Below are positions 61,259 to 64,000 of a stretch of DNA of 64,000 nt, one piece after another. This stretch comes from Carcharhinus longimanus (Eukaryota), in the NCBI GenBank assembly GCA_030264375.1, contig JASCQW010000099.1, positions 42,284,639-42,348,638 of the forward strand, written 5' to 3'. The translations under genes were made by a program, and so were the position numbers. The stretch's first letter is position 1. The number at the start of each line of letters is the position of its first letter. Below the pieces are notes generated by a model. It searched no databases. It saw nothing but the letters and a program-made list of their open reading frames with translations, and was not told where the DNA came from.

Positions 61259-63409
61259 ACATGGTGGCAAGTTGCCATTGCGAACCTCTGAAATTCATGT
61301 GATCTAAGTATATCCACAATACTGTTACAGAGGGAGTTACAGTATTTTTAAGCCTGCAACAGTAAAACAAACAGTAATATATTTCTTAGTCAGGATGGTG
61401 TGGCTTGGAGGGGAACTTGTAGGTCATGGTGTTCCCATGCATATACTGCCCACGACCTTTAGCTGGTAACAGGTTGACGGATTGGAAGGTGGCTGTTGAA
61501 GTAGCTTTGGTGAGTTGCTGCAGTGTTTCTATGGATAATACACACTATTATCAGTGTACATTGGTGGTGCAGGGAGTGGATGTTGAAGGTGGAGGGTGGG
61601 GTGCCAATCACACAGTCTTTTTCCTGGACGCTGTTGAGCTTTTGAGTCTTGGGGCAGCACCCACCCAGGCAAGTGGACAGCATTCCATCACACCCCTGAT
61701 CTGTGCTTTATAGATGGTGAGCAGGCTTTCAGGTACTGGGAGAAGAATTACTCTCCACAGTAATCCGAGCCTGTTACAAGCTGCTGTAGCCAAAGTATTT
61801 CAGTTCAGTTTCTGATCAATAGTAACTCCCAGGATGTTGATAGTGGAAGATTCAGTGATGGGAAAGCCACCAAATTCCAAGGGGAGATTGTTAGATTCTC
61901 TCAAGAGATATTCATTGCCTGGTACATGCATGGCACAAATTCATTTGCCACTTGAGCCCAAGCCTGAATATTGTCTGTTCCTATTCTGAGCTGACACGAA
62001 TGGTGTTGAACACTTAAATCATCAGTGAACTTCTGACCCTATCATGGAGGGAAGGTGATTACTAACAAGCTGAAGATAGTTGGATTTGAAGCATTTCCCT
62101 GACGGACCCCTATAGTAATGTTCTGAGACTGGGCTGGTTGACCTCCATTACCATCTTCCTTTGTGCTAGGTAAGAGTCCAACTCTAGTGGTGAGTCTTCT
62201 TCTTGATCTCCATTGACTCCTTTTTTGCTAGGGCTCCTTGATGCCACATTTGGTCAAATGCTGCCTTAATATCAAAGGCAGTCACTCTCACCTCAAATTC
62301 AGCTTTTTGTCCATGTTTGGACAGAAGTTGCAAAGAAGCCAGGAGCTCAGTAGCCCAGGCAGAACCCAAACCGAGCATCAGTGAGTAGTTTACTGCTGAG
62401 AAAGTGCACAGTTGATAGCATTAACGACGGCCTCTTCCCCTCACTTTACTGATGATCAGGAGATGACTAACAGGGCGGTAATCGGCCAGTTTGGATTTGT
62501 CCTACTTTTTGTGGACAGGATGTAACTGGACAATCTTCCACATTGCTGAAAAGATTCCAGTTATTCTTGTACTGGAACAGCTTGACTCGTGGGTGCAGTT
62601 AGTCCTGGCACACAATTCTTCAAGTGCTAGTATGTCAGGGCCCATAGCTTTTGCAGTATCTGGTACATTCAGCTGTTTCTTGATATCAAATAGAGTAAAT
62701 AAAATTGGCTGAAGACTAGCATCTCTGATGCTAGGGGCCTCTGGAGGAGACAAAGGTGAATCATCCACTCTGCTCCTGAGGCTGAAGATAGTTGCAAATG
62801 CAACCTGGCACATCGGTGCAACCTTATGTCTTGCACCGATGTGCTAGGCTTACTCATTTTTGACAACGGGGATATATATTTATGGAGCCTCTTCCTCCAG
62901 TCAGTTGTTTAATCATCCACCACTACTCACAACTGAATATGGTAGCACTGCATAACTTAAGATGTGATCCTTTGGTTGTGAGGTCACTTAGCTTTGTCAA
63001 TCAATTGCTGCTTGCTTTGTCTAGCATGCAAGGAGTCCTGCATTGTAGCTTCACTTGGTTGTCACCTCATTTTTAGGTATGCCTGGTGCTGCTCTTGGCA
63101 TGCCCTCCCTTACTTTGCATTGAACCAGGATTGAATACCTGCTAAAGTAGGTGATAGGCAGCAGGAGGTTAACTATATCGAGTTTTTGTGCATCTAGTCT
63201 CCTAATTTTGGCACAAACTCCCAAATGTTATAAAGGCTGGGTTTGCTGTTGTTCTCTCCAGTGCCTGTGTTGGTGCAGGGTGATCCATCCAGTTTCATTT
63301 CTTTTTGTAGACTTTGGAGTGGTTTTGATACAACTAAGTGGTTTGGTAGGCCACTGAAGAATCAACCACATCTACCACGGCTAATCTAACCAATAGGTGG
63401 CCTACATAA

Positions 63410-63612
63410 CTTGGGACACTTAAAGGCAATTTATCATTGCCAATCCACCTACCCGCACATCTTTGGATTATGGAAGGAAACCGGAGTGTCCAGAGGAAAC
63501 CACACATACACAAAGAGAACTTGCAACTCAGCACAGTCACCCAAGGCCAGAATCGATCCGGGGTTCCTAACAGTGAAGCAGCAGTGCTAACCACAATGCC
63601 ACTGTGCCACCC
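63410..63612 (-). mobile_element. HE1/V-SINE-type SINE
   Basis: ggcaatttatcattgccaatccaccta...ggaaaccggagtgtccagaggaaacc...gcagcagtgctaaccac. Confidence 0.85.
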
Positions 63613-64000
63613 TACTGAGAGTCTGGAGTCACATGCAGACCAGACCAGGGAAGGATGGCTGATTTCCTTCCCTCAAGGACGTTAATAAACCATTTGGGTT
63701 TTTAAATAACAAATTGACAACGGTTTCATGGTCACTATTGCCAAGACTAACTTTTTAATTCCATATTTTACTAATTGAATAAAATTCCACCAGTTGCTGT
63801 GGTGGGAGTTAAACCTGGGCCTCTGGAGTACTACATCAATACATTACCACAACACCACTGTTTCCCCTCTAATCTAATCTATCTCAAGAGAAATGTTTTC
63901 CAAAAATGTAATATTCCAACTTAGCACATATGTATCTTAAAACTTCAGAAACATGAGGCCGTCCTCATGTGTGCAGAACTGGCCATCAGTTTCTGCTCGG

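Larger units (their letters stand above)
60960..63870 (-). mobile_element. Degenerate LINE (CR1-group RT) with nested CR1 and SINE insertions
   Basis: VRVTAFDIKAAFDQMWHQGAL, KAMGPD and LLTIYKAQIR fragments in minus-strand ORFs; 3' end at ~60960-61028. Confidence 0.75.

Noticed and set aside
51637-64000. Alternative first exon or promoter of SPTBN1 in the upstream intron
   Set aside because: I found neither of the N-terminal peptides I recall for SPTBN1 isoforms nor a CpG island; the first exons are presumably beyond the window.

Overview
Eukaryotic, AT-rich, repeat-laden genomic DNA, most likely from a shark or ray (HE1/V-SINE-type SINEs, CR1 LINEs and Penelope-type terminal repeats). The whole window lies inside one minus-strand gene, non-erythrocytic beta-II spectrin (SPTBN1). 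I traced 28 consecutive coding exons by hand (51636 down to 105), about 6.09 kb of CDS or ~2030 aa. They run from the first calponin-homology domain through the spectrin repeats. The first exon(s) and the 3' (PH-domain) exons lie outside the window. Exon numbers follow human SPTBN1 from memory. Most notable: (1) a diverged, in-frame partial duplicate of the CH1-coding exon 4 with an intact donor, 1.5 kb upstream of the real exon; (2) exon 17 has no AG acceptor (intron ends ...AAAT); (3) Penelope-derived inverted repeats with hammerhead-ribozyme-like cores; (4) several perfect hairpins and TIR-bounded MITEs; (5) assembly artefacts, including a 10-N gap inside an exon and overlapping gap flanks. 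No prokaryotic system, CRISPR array, rRNA or true tRNA gene is supported. Repeat boundaries are approximate and family names come from recall, not a database search.
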